The notes under the pieces were generated by a model. That model had not been told where the DNA came from, did no database searches, and saw only the letters and a program-made list of their open reading frames with translations. The position numbers and the translations under genes are program-made. Positions 56,407 through 64,000 of a stretch of 64,000 nt of DNA are shown here, piece after piece. The stretch spans positions 61,266 through 125,265 of the forward strand of contig CANQFB010000001.1 in assembly GCA_947598205.1 (NCBI GenBank), in the 5' to 3' direction. The stretch's first letter is position 1; every line of letters begins with the position of its first letter. Origin of the DNA: an uncultured Clostridia bacterium (lineage in GTDB: Bacteria; Bacillota; Clostridia; Christensenellales; Borkfalkiaceae).

Positions 56407-59400
56407 ATGAAATTCTTCAAAAAGACGCTCATTTTGCTCTGTTCTGTGCTTGCGCTCGCCCTTTCGATCGCGATCGCGGCGTGCGGGGGCGGCGGCAAGT
56501 ACAAACTCTCCTTCGAGACGTTCGGCGGAACGAATATCAAGTCCATCAAGGCCGACGCGGGGGAGGACATTTCCGACCGCCTTCCCGACGATCCCACGCG
56601 GGATGGGTTTGTGTTCGGCGGGTGGTATCTCGACGCGAACTGCACGGGCGAGGCGCAGACACTTCCCACCGTCATGCCCGAGGGGGACGTCGCCTACTAC
56701 GCCAAGTGGACGGTTGGCGGCGTTGCCTCTCTCACACTGGACCCGGGCAAGGGCGGTGTTCTGGAACCGACGAAGGTCGATGTGGACATCGGCGCAAATC
56801 TTCTTGAATTTCTTGCGACCTGTAAACAGCCCACGCCCTACGAGGGGCTCACCTTCGCTGGCTGGTACAGCGGGAATACCCCCATCGACGAGGAGGACAC
56901 CATGCCCGCTTTCGGGCTGACGCTCACCGCAAAATACACGGCTATGTACACCATCGAGGTGTACCGCGAGAGCGTCGACGGCGTACCCGTGAAGGACGAA
57001 ACGCCCGTAACAGGGTCGGCTTTTTACGGCGAACCCTTCTCATGCGCCGATGTTCTCACTCCGCCCGAGCACTTCATGCTTTCGGCGGGCGTGGGCGGCG
57101 TCATCAAGACGGATTCCCTCGGCGCCTCGGATACCTTTACGGCATATTTCCTCCGTGAACGGTTCTATATCACCTATTCGCCCAACGCGCCGCAGGGGGC
57201 GCAGGCGGAGGGAGATACCCCCATGCAGTCGGTGCCCTACGGTGCGCAGGCGGCGCTCGCTCCGTGCGGCTATACGCTGAGCGGAGCTTCCCGCTGGCGC
57301 TGTGCGGGCTGGGCGGAAGATCCGCAGGGCTCCAACTTCCACGGCGTGGGGGAGCAGATGGAAGTCACCGGCAACATCACCCTCTTCGCCGTCTGGGAAA
57401 AGGGCTATACCGACGTGTTCGGCGGGCAGGACGTGCTCTATCCCGCTTACGCTGAGCCCACAGTCATCCGCCTTGTCCGCGAGGGCATGGAGGATAAGAC
57501 GGGCACCTACGACGCCGCAACGGGTCTGTTCTCCTTCAAGGAGGGCGAGGCCGCCATGCTCGACGGCAGGTTGCTTGCGGGTACGGAAGAATTCTTCTAC
57601 TTCCGCGATACGCTGGAGGGAGAATACAATGACCTCGACGGCACGGGCGCAACGCTTGCGATGAACGCGGGCGGCGCCGTCGTCTACACCGATCAAGAGG
57701 GCGCCGCGCATACGGGCAAGTATTCCATCGACCCCGATACGGGCTACTTCTTCTTCGACGACAATGCGGGGGAGACGGGGGATTTCTTCTACAACCTCTT
57801 CACATTGATCGACGGGGACGGGGTCGTGTTCCGCCGTCAGAGCACGGAGGAGCTCGGCTACTATTACGACGAGGAAGCGGGCGTCGTGCTCTATCTCGAC
57901 GGCCTCGGCGGGCTTCGCTACTACTACAACGACAATAATTTTGAATATCAGGACTATTTCGGCGATCCCATCTACGTCGCCTACGGCTACTACGAGTGGA
58001 TGGAGGGGGCACAGCTCTTCCTCGCCTACACGCGGGATATTTCCGTCACCCTCAAGCAGTTCACTTTCTCGCGGACGACAAAGACGGGCGTTACGGCCAA
58101 GGAGGAATATCCCGACATGCCGTCGGACGCCGCCCTCAAGGGGACGGTCGATTTAGACGACGGCCTTCGCGGCAGCTACACCGCCAAGCGTGAGGATTCG
58201 GAAAACGAGCTCTATCTTGACGGCTATGGCGCGGGGACTTTCGGCGAAAAGGAGGGCGTCTACGAACTCTTCACATGGCTCTATAGCTACGAGGAGGAGA
58301 ACGGCGAGGTGACGGACGATTACTTCCTCGTCCGCTTCACCCCCGAGGACGGGAGCGAGATCGTCTACTTCCGCCTCGATACGGCGTACGGCGACTACGA
58401 GTTTGACCGCGTGTTTACCCCCGAGGAGACGGCGGATTATGCGGATTACGACTTCGGCCGCTACGAATTTACCGACCTCTTCCTCTTCAACGTCACCTTC
58501 GACGGCTTCATCATGATTTTTGAGAACGGCGACGCCGAGGTGTGGACGCAGTACGGCATCACCACGCAGGGCAACATTGTGTACGTGCTCTATGTGGACC
58601 TCGTGAGCCACGTTCAAAAGGAGGGCGATACTTACACCTTCCAGCGGACGCAGACCGATACGGGTGTCGACTATGAGAACGAATTCAGCTTCACGCTGGA
58701 CACCGAAAAGCACACCATGTCCGTCATTTTGCCCGCGGTGCACGACACAGCGCAGATCGCACCGGGGCTCACGCTCGACTACACCGCGCGCAAGGCGACC
58801 TATCAGGGGCAGGACGTCAACTATTGGTACACCATCGGGCACGTCGACTTCTACACCTTTGAAGTAAGCGATACCGAAGAGCTCAATTATTGGGTGGAGA
58901 GCGGCGGAAGGATGGACTTCCACGCCGTCTCCGCCTCGGACGTCTACGACCTCTACGTGCTCCCGGGGGAGGAGGATCTCTACTATTCCCGCCTCATCTT
59001 TACGGGCAACGACGAGAAGGTATTTCTCGCATTCATGCTCGAGAGCGGCATGTACCGCATTATCGGCGAGGGCCGCATTGAGGAGCTCGAAAACGGCGAC
59101 AGGCACTTCACGCTCACGAGGCACATCTCCGACTTCGGCGAGGCAGAACTCCGCGAAACGGGGTACGACGCCTTTGACTTCCGCATCGCCGAGGAAGATC
59201 ACACCTTCCGCAAGAAGTCGGCGCAGACCAACTACACCAACTTCACGACGGAGGGCTACGGCACCTTCGTGTTCACCGATGCCGCGAACGTCGCCCACAG
59301 CGGGATGATCGTGGAAAGCATCGGCGAGGGAGAGAGCCGCCTCATCTACTTCTTGGAGACGCGGACGACGATCATCTTCCTCCTCGCGGTGGATGAGAGT

Positions 59401-61797
59401 GATCCCAACAGGCTCGTCTCCGTCACGGCGGACGCTGGCTATTGGTACGAGATGAACGACAACCAACTCATCTCCCAATACAAGTACCTCATTCTCAACG
59501 GGCAGGGCACGGCCTTTTACTACGAGATTGAGGACCTCACGGGTGAAATGCTTCCCGTCGTGAAGGGGACGTACACGCGCTCTGTCCGCTATGCTGACCC
59601 CTATTCGGCGGAGCCCTTCCCCGAATACACCGTCACCCTCAACGGCGAGACCGCCAATTACCTCCTCGCGACCTACCTTGTGTACGACAACACGGTGGGG
59701 GAGGCCGTGCAGCTCTCCCTCTACCAGAAGCAGATCGCGCATCGCGTGGGAGAATTTTATGTGCGCGACGGCGGGTGGATCGAGAGCGTCGGCTATCCCG
59801 GCGTTCTCGCCACCTACACCGATCCCCTCGGCATCGTGCACGAGGGCAATATGTACATCGGCGAGGTCTCGGACGGCATTCACGACCACACATTCAACAA
59901 CGACGTCACGGGCACCCATGTGCGCTTCTGGGAGTATGTGAACGGCAACCCCACGAGCACCGAATACATCTTCGAGATCGTGTCGGGTGAGCTCGTTCCC
60001 CTCACGCTTCCCTACGGCGACTACGCATTTTCCGCACCGCGCGGCGTTCGGGAGAGCACCGTTTTGCACCTCGATGGGCGGGGCGCGGCGACCTACCGCA
60101 TCGGAAATACCAATCCTATAAGAGGCACTTATTCCGCCATTCGCGGCACGGAGGAGTATCGGTTCACCTCCGCCACCCGCTCCTTCCGCTTCCGCCTCAC
60201 CCGCGTGACGGAGGACGACGAGGATATCTATCTCTTCGAGGAGTACGACGAGGACGCGGCGCTCACGCTGTATAACGAGGCGGAGTGGTCTCTTCTCCTT
60301 CTCGACGGCTACGGCGGCGCGGTATTCATCAACCGCTACGGCGACCACATCATCGGTAGCTACGGGCTGTTCTCGGCGGGCATGGGCGCCTTTGAATCGG
60401 AGAACTACAACTTTGTGTTTTCCTATGCCGAGGGCAGCTATGAGACCGTGGACCACAGCGAGTATGTCGCCACCTACTATGCGGAAGACTTCGCCTCCGT
60501 CATCTTCACGGCAACGCGCGTCATCTTAAACGGCGAGGAGTACTTCTACACCGTGAATGAGGGCACAGTGAGCCTCTTCGACGTCGTAGACGGCACCGCC
60601 GCAGAGAGGGCCACCGTTCCGCTTCCCAATGGCGCAACTTACACCTACAACTCTGTCGTCTATCGTCTCTACGAGGGAGGGGAACTCACCTTCACGGACA
60701 ATGAATTCAATAGGGCAGAGCCCATAGATCTCGTCTTTACGCCCGACGGCGCCGCGTTCACCGTTTCCGCCGCCTTCGGCGGCTACGAGGAGGGGTACAC
60801 CGTCACCGTCGCCTATGAGGGCGGCGAGGCCAAGGTGACGCTCGGCTACAGGGCCCGCACGATGGACGCCCTTCCCGAGGAATACGCCCTCACACTGCAC
60901 TATGCGGCGGGAACGAATACGTTCACTGTTATCCCCGAGGGCGGCAAGGGGACGTACACGCAGGCGGGCGAAGCAACCAACATCATCGAGTTCGATAACC
61001 GCCGTGTGGGCGCCTACTCTGTCGCTCTCCACGACGAGAACGCGGGTGATACGCTCATCATCTCGCTTCAGGCCATCAAGGACAGCGCGGGCGCCTCTCT
61101 CGCCTTCCGCGGCAGCGCCGAGATCATGGGGGAGGAATCGGTTCAGTATTATGGACAGGACCACTCCAAGGTCGTCACCATCGAGGGCACGGACGGCATT
61201 TCCTACACGATCCGCTTCTTCCTCGATGAGGACGCCCACACCTTCACCCTGCGATCCGTCGTCATCGAGAAGATGTTCATCATCGAGGGCGTCGGCGAAG
61301 TCACCTTCGTCCAGTTGTGGGCGGCAGGCTCCGAATACGGCGAATTCGGGCAGAAGGACCTCGTCTCCGTCTCCATGCGCGAGACGGGCGTCGAGACGAA
61401 TATCTATTCGGGCGAGCTCGGCGAGGGCAAGGCCGCGCTCGTGCGGCAGGGCCTGCACTCCACAACGGGCAGTTACGACTACGAGGCCTACGTTTTCGAC
61501 CTCACCTACGACGCAAATGGCTTTGTGTCGGCGGCAGTGAAAGAGGGCGATTACAGCTACGCCGAGGCGTTGCAGGGCATCGAATTCAAGATCCGTTTTC
61601 TCTTCACGGGAAGCGGCGATACCTTTGAGATTGCCTACATTCTCACGTTTTCCGTGAACGACCGCTCCACAAACGCAACGTTTGTAAAGAACACCGACGG
61701 CAGCTGGACGATCACGACGGCGGATAAGGTCTACAGGGCCATAGCCACGCAGAATGCCTCTGGCGCCATCACCCTCACCGTCACCGAACAGCAGTAA
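56407..61797 (+). CDS. giant lipoprotein with N-terminal Listeria-Bacteroides (Flg_new) repeats and long repeat-rich body
   Basis: 1796 aa. Lipobox AIAAC. Flg_new-like units (YKLSFETFGG...GFVFGGWYLD, LTFAGWYSG, CAGWAEDPQG...LFAVWEK), then about 1400 aa of degenerate G-x-Y/F-x-F repeats. Confidence 0.85.
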   Translation: MKFFKKTLILLCSVLALALSIAIAACGGGGKYKLSFETFGGTNIKSIKADAGEDISDRLPDDPTRDGFVFGGWYLDANCTGEAQTLPTVMPEGDVAYYAKWTVGGVASLTLDPGKGGVLEPTKVDVDIGANLLEFLATCKQPTPYEGLTFAGWYSGNTPIDEEDTMPAFGLTLTAKYTAMYTIEVYRESVDGVPVKDETPVTGSAFYGEPFSCADVLTPPEHFMLSAGVGGVIKTDSLGASDTFTAYFLRERFYITYSPNAPQGAQAEGDTPMQSVPYGAQAALAPCGYTLSGASRWRCAGWAEDPQGSNFHGVGEQMEVTGNITLFAVWEKGYTDVFGGQDVLYPAYAEPTVIRLVREGMEDKTGTYDAATGLFSFKEGEAAMLDGRLLAGTEEFFYFRDTLEGEYNDLDGTGATLAMNAGGAVVYTDQEGAAHTGKYSIDPDTGYFFFDDNAGETGDFFYNLFTLIDGDGVVFRRQSTEELGYYYDEEAGVVLYLDGLGGLRYYYNDNNFEYQDYFGDPIYVAYGYYEWMEGAQLFLAYTRDISVTLKQFTFSRTTKTGVTAKEEYPDMPSDAALKGTVDLDDGLRGSYTAKREDSENELYLDGYGAGTFGEKEGVYELFTWLYSYEEENGEVTDDYFLVRFTPEDGSEIVYFRLDTAYGDYEFDRVFTPEETADYADYDFGRYEFTDLFLFNVTFDGFIMIFENGDAEVWTQYGITTQGNIVYVLYVDLVSHVQKEGDTYTFQRTQTDTGVDYENEFSFTLDTEKHTMSVILPAVHDTAQIAPGLTLDYTARKATYQGQDVNYWYTIGHVDFYTFEVSDTEELNYWVESGGRMDFHAVSASDVYDLYVLPGEEDLYYSRLIFTGNDEKVFLAFMLESGMYRIIGEGRIEELENGDRHFTLTRHISDFGEAELRETGYDAFDFRIAEEDHTFRKKSAQTNYTNFTTEGYGTFVFTDAANVAHSGMIVESIGEGESRLIYFLETRTTIIFLLAVDESDPNRLVSVTADAGYWYEMNDNQLISQYKYLILNGQGTAFYYEIEDLTGEMLPVVKGTYTRSVRYADPYSAEPFPEYTVTLNGETANYLLATYLVYDNTVGEAVQLSLYQKQIAHRVGEFYVRDGGWIESVGYPGVLATYTDPLGIVHEGNMYIGEVSDGIHDHTFNNDVTGTHVRFWEYVNGNPTSTEYIFEIVSGELVPLTLPYGDYAFSAPRGVRESTVLHLDGRGAATYRIGNTNPIRGTYSAIRGTEEYRFTSATRSFRFRLTRVTEDDEDIYLFEEYDEDAALTLYNEAEWSLLLLDGYGGAVFINRYGDHIIGSYGLFSAGMGAFESENYNFVFSYAEGSYETVDHSEYVATYYAEDFASVIFTATRVILNGEEYFYTVNEGTVSLFDVVDGTAAERATVPLPNGATYTYNSVVYRLYEGGELTFTDNEFNRAEPIDLVFTPDGAAFTVSAAFGGYEEGYTVTVAYEGGEAKVTLGYRARTMDALPEEYALTLHYAAGTNTFTVIPEGGKGTYTQAGEATNIIEFDNRRVGAYSVALHDENAGDTLIISLQAIKDSAGASLAFRGSAEIMGEESVQYYGQDHSKVVTIEGTDGISYTIRFFLDEDAHTFTLRSVVIEKMFIIEGVGEVTFVQLWAAGSEYGEFGQKDLVSVSMRETGVETNIYSGELGEGKAALVRQGLHSTTGSYDYEAYVFDLTYDANGFVSAAVKEGDYSYAEALQGIEFKIRFLFTGSGDTFEIAYILTFSVNDRSTNATFVKNTDGSWTITTADKVYRAIATQNASGAITLTVTEQQ

Positions 61798-61845
61798 CGC
61801 TTTCCGCACTCCATTTACCCCCACTCTGTGGGGGTAATTTTATAT

Positions 61846-61885
61846 AAAAAAAGCCCGACCTAATTCGTTTTGAATTAGGTCGGGC
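61846..61885 (-). terminator. rho-independent terminator of the tRNA operon
   Basis: 14-bp stem gcccgacctaattc/gaattaggtcgggc. The A-run on the plus strand gives a T-run after the hairpin on the minus strand. Confidence 0.7.
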
Positions 61886-61886
61886 G

Positions 61887-61962
61887 TGGTGCACCTTCAG
61901 GGACTCGAACCCTGGGCCCATTGATTAAGAGTCAATTGCTCTACCAACTGAGCTAAAGGTGC
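61887..61962 (-). tRNA. tRNA-Lys(CTT)
   Basis: Reverse complement GCACCTTTAGCTCAGTTGGTAGAGCAATTGACTCTTAATCAAT...TTCGAGTCCCTGAAGGTGCACCA. Anticodon loop CTCTTAA. Confidence 0.9.
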
Positions 61963-61966
61963 ATAT

Positions 61967-62042
61967 TGGTGGTCCATCCGGGAATCGAACCCGGGACACC
62001 TTGATTAAAAGTCAAGTGCTCTACCATCTGAGCTAATGGGCC
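61967..62042 (-). tRNA. tRNA-Lys(TTT)
   Basis: Reverse complement GGCCCATTAGCTCAGATGGTAGAGCACTTGACTTTTAATCAAG...GGTTCGATTCCCGGATGGACCACCA. Anticodon loop CTTTTAA. One C-A mismatch in the acceptor stem. Confidence 0.85.
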
Positions 62043-62047
62043 GCCGT

Positions 62048-62123
62048 TGGCTGGGGTGGCTGGATTTGAACCAACGCATGCGGGAATCAAAATCCCGTGC
62101 CTTTACCACTTGGCGACACCCCA
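62048..62123 (-). tRNA. tRNA-Gln(TTG)
   Basis: Reverse complement TGGGGTGTCGCCAAGTGGTAAAGGCACGGGATTTTGATTCCCG...GGTTCAAATCCAGCCACCCCAGCCA. Anticodon loop TTTTGAT. Confidence 0.9.
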
Positions 62124-62137
62124 TTAGAGACAAAGTT

Positions 62138-62215
62138 TGGGGCGGGCGACAAGAGTCGAACTTGCGACCTCCAGGGCCACAACCTGGCGCTCTAACCAAC
62201 TGAGCTACACCCGCC
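62138..62215 (-). tRNA. tRNA-His(GTG) with encoded G-1
   Basis: Reverse complement G-GCGGGTGTAGCTCAGTTGGTTAGAGCGCCAGGTTGTGGCCCTGG...TTCGACTCTTGTCGCCCGCCCCA. Anticodon loop TTGTGGC. The extra 5' G faces discriminator C. Confidence 0.9.
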
Positions 62216-62222
62216 GCGTATA

Positions 62223-62299
62223 TGGCGCGCCTGAAGAGATTCGAACTCCTGGCCCACGGCTTAGAAGGCCGTTGCTCTATCCAACTGAGCTACAGGCGC
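62223..62299 (-). tRNA. tRNA-Arg(TCT)
   Basis: Reverse complement GCGCCTGTAGCTCAGTTGGATAGAGCAACGGCCTTCTAAGCCGT...GTTCGAATCTCTTCAGGCGCGCCA. Anticodon loop CTTCTAA. Confidence 0.9.
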
Positions 62300-62346
62300 A
62301 TAACCTGACTTTGCATCGAAGTTTCGCGCATCTCTTTTTGCGAAAT

Positions 62347-62420
62347 TGGAGCGGGTGATGGGAGTCGAACCCACGCGATCAGCTTGGAAGGCTGAGATTC
62401 TACCGCTGAACTACACCCGC
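62347..62420 (-). tRNA. tRNA-Gly(TCC)
   Basis: Reverse complement GCGGGTGTAGTTCAGCGGTAGAATCTCAGCCTTCCAAGCTGA...GGTTCGACTCCCATCACCCGCTCCA. Anticodon loop CTTCCAA. Confidence 0.9.
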
Positions 62421-62437
62421 ACCCACAACGCTTGTTT

Positions 62438-62466
62438 ATTCTACCAAAGTTTTCATCATATGTCAA
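62438..62466 (-). promoter_or_regulatory. strong sigma-A-type promoter of the six-tRNA operon
   Basis: Minus strand TTGACA (62466-62461), 17-nt spacer, TAGAAT (62443-62438), about 17 nt before tRNA-Gly. AT-rich UP-like tract upstream. Confidence 0.6.
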
Positions 62467-62546
62467 ACGTTTTCACCGATGTTTGGAATAATTTTTTCTT
62501 AAAATTTTCATGCGGAGCGTTGCGCCGTTTCCAAACGATGCAGAAA

Positions 62547-62885
62547 TCAATCCACCCGTTCAAGGTAGAACGAAACGGGGCGGAAGCCGTCGTTGCAGGA
62601 GATCATGGCCGAGGCGGGATCTTTCATCCAGCCGTCGTAAAAGTTCCCTTCTCCGCGGAGGAGGGAGAGGGCGAAGGGGGAAAGCGTCTCCCAAGCGCTC
62701 TCGCAAAGCCCTTCGGGTTTTCCGTGTCCGTCGAAGAAAAACACCTGCCCCGTCCGAATATCGCAGGGGTGGGGAATGGGGTTCTCGTACCGTTCGATGA
62801 GGTCGTCGTACCGCGCCCTCTTCATAACGGTGATCTTGACTTTTTTCAATGTTTTCTCCTTCTTCACTCCGTTTTTTCGCAACAT
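62547..62885 (-). CDS. TIGR04076-family protein
   Basis: KKVKITVMKRARYDDLIERYENP...PEGLCESAWETL...CNDGFRPVSFYLERV matches the conserved TIGR04076 pattern. Exact start uncertain. Confidence 0.7.
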   Translation of the reverse strand: MLRKNGVKKEKTLKKVKITVMKRARYDDLIERYENPIPHPCDIRTGQVFFFDGHGKPEGLCESAWETLSPFALSLLRGEGNFYDGWMKDPASAMISCNDGFRPVSFYLERVD

Positions 62886-63354
62886 TCACGTAGCCATTAT
62901 AGAATAAAAAGCGGGATATGTAAAGCCGCTTCTACGAAATGGCCGAAAAACGTTTGAAAATTTCTTTTTTGCGCGTCAAAGCATTGAGAGGGGGAAAGAG
63001 GCAAGAATGATGTTTTTGAAGGCCATATCTCGGACATGGGTGCCTCATTTTTGCTCAATACGATTTGGCGAAGCCGCTCGGCGCGCATACGGGGCGGTTA
63101 AATTTTCTCCGCCCGTCTTCAGCCATGAAGAGGCTTGCGAAAGGTGCGTAGGGCGGGAGCGGCGGGGTGGAGCGGAGACGGGAAGCGCAGGCCGCTTTTC
63201 CCCGCGATTCTTGATTTTTCACTGCCGTCGAGCGAGGAGACAAAAAAGTGAAATGTGAACTTTTGTTAAGAATTTTGGCCGAAAAATGTGAAATTCAATA
63301 TAGTATATAATATAATTCGACAGAAATAAACAAAAAGCGAAAATTATGAACAAT

Positions 63355-63364
63355 GGGGGGGGGG
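63355..63364. repeat. G10 homopolymer tract
   Basis: aacaat-G10-tgagggg in an AT-rich intergenic region, 25 bp upstream of the -35 of the ABC-gene promoter. Confidence 0.9.
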
Positions 63365-63388
63365 TGAGGGGCACCTATTCGTAAAGAT

Positions 63389-63417
63389 TTGATTTTTTTG
63401 GAAGGCTATGCTAAAAT
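63389..63417 (+). promoter_or_regulatory. sigma-A-type promoter for the ABC ATPase gene
   Basis: TTGATT (63389-63394), 17-nt spacer, TGC-TAAAAT (63412-63417). Confidence 0.5.
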
Positions 63418-63492
63418 CACTTTACATTGCCCACATTATTGTAAGGAGAGATAGAATTAAAAATTCTATCTGAAGTAATCCAAGGAGAGCAA

Positions 63493-64000
63493 ATGCTGGA
63501 ACTGAAACATTTTTCAAAGAAGTATGCAAAGAACCCGAACTATTCCGCAAGGGACGTCAGTTTCTCCGTCTCGGCGGGGGAAGTTGTCGGCCTCGTCGGC
63601 AGTAACGGCGCAGGGAAATCCACCATTATCAAGAGCATCATCGGCGTTCTGCCCTTTGAAGAGGGGCAGATCGAGGTGGGCGGCTTCGATATTGTCCGCC
63701 AGCCAGAGAAGGCCAAACGGTTGATCGGCTATGTTCCCGACGACCATTCCGTCTACGATAAGCTGACGGGCAGGGAATATATCAACTATATCGGCAGTCT
63801 TTACGGCGCGACGAAGGATGAGAAGAAATTCGTTATCGACGTCCTTGCCAAGCGTTTCGAGATCAGGCATGCGCTCGATTTCCAGATCGCGGGATACTCC
63901 CACGGGATGAAGCAGAAGATCTGCATTTTGGGCGCGCTCGCCCATCATCCCAAACTCTGGATCCTCGACGAACCGATGGTGGGCCTCGACCATCAGACCA
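63493..64000 (+). CDS. ABC transporter ATP-binding protein (ABC-2 type), 3' end beyond window
   Basis: ATG 63493 behind AAGGAGAG. Walker A GSNGAGKSTIIK, signature YSHGMKQKI, Walker B LWILDEPMVGLD. Absent from the ORF track because no stop in window. Confidence 0.85.
   Translation, partial: MLELKHFSKKYAKNPNYSARDVSFSVSAGEVVGLVGSNGAGKSTIIKSIIGVLPFEEGQIEVGGFDIVRQPEKAKRLIGYVPDDHSVYDKLTGREYINYIGSLYGATKDEKKFVIDVLAKRFEIRHALDFQIAGYSHGMKQKICILGALAHHPKLWILDEPMVGLDHQT

Noticed and set aside
51905-61886. skin-like excisable intervening element interrupting spoVAD
   Set aside because: There is no recombinase gene, no spoVAD 3' half on the far side of the block, and no flanking direct repeat. spoVAD is also a forespore (germline) gene, for which developmental excision would not be reversible. 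Simple truncation is more parsimonious.

Overview
Visibly GC-rich Firmicutes/Clostridia-type chromosomal segment. Supporting traits are pth-mfd synteny, lipobox lipoproteins, the DapL-type lysine pathway and spoVA remnants. Most of the window is housekeeping: glpK, prs, pth-mfd, uppP, mnmE, purA, dapF-pyrG-dapL-malQ-mscL, seven tRNAs, two two-component systems and ABC transporters. Several accessory or decayed islets interrupt it. (1) 1.9-10.7 kb holds an intact phage packaging/head/neck module (RinA-like regulator, TerL, portal, scaffold, capsid, three coupled unknowns). I see no tail-fibre, lysis, replication or integration genes, and it sits next to an orphan spoVAC. (2) A BrnT/BrnA toxin-antitoxin pair with an apparently leaderless promoter. 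(3) A radical-SAM plus DUF4130 DNA-metabolism pair. (4) A lower-GC islet (XRE regulator plus unknown gene, TfoX) next to tRNA-Ser(CGA). That tRNA is followed by two ghost copies of its own 3' end, each with its own terminator. (5) A 5' fragment of spoVAD that breaks off at about 51.9 kb into an AT-rich junction. Two giant repeat-built lipoprotein genes (1240 and 1796 aa) follow, and they end at the 3' side of a six-tRNA operon. The promoter of the first giant gene carries a G10 tract inside its -35/-10 spacer. A C9 tract sits in the spacer of another promoter (37.2 kb), and a third G10 tract lies at 63.36 kb. This suggests homopolymer-driven phase variation. Arrays of short GC-rich hairpins recur in at least four intergenic regions. 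No CRISPR array, rRNA, transposase or integrase was seen. The most system-like candidates are the tail-less capsid module and the putatively phase-variable giant lipoprotein island. All functional calls rest on motif recognition by eye and need database confirmation.
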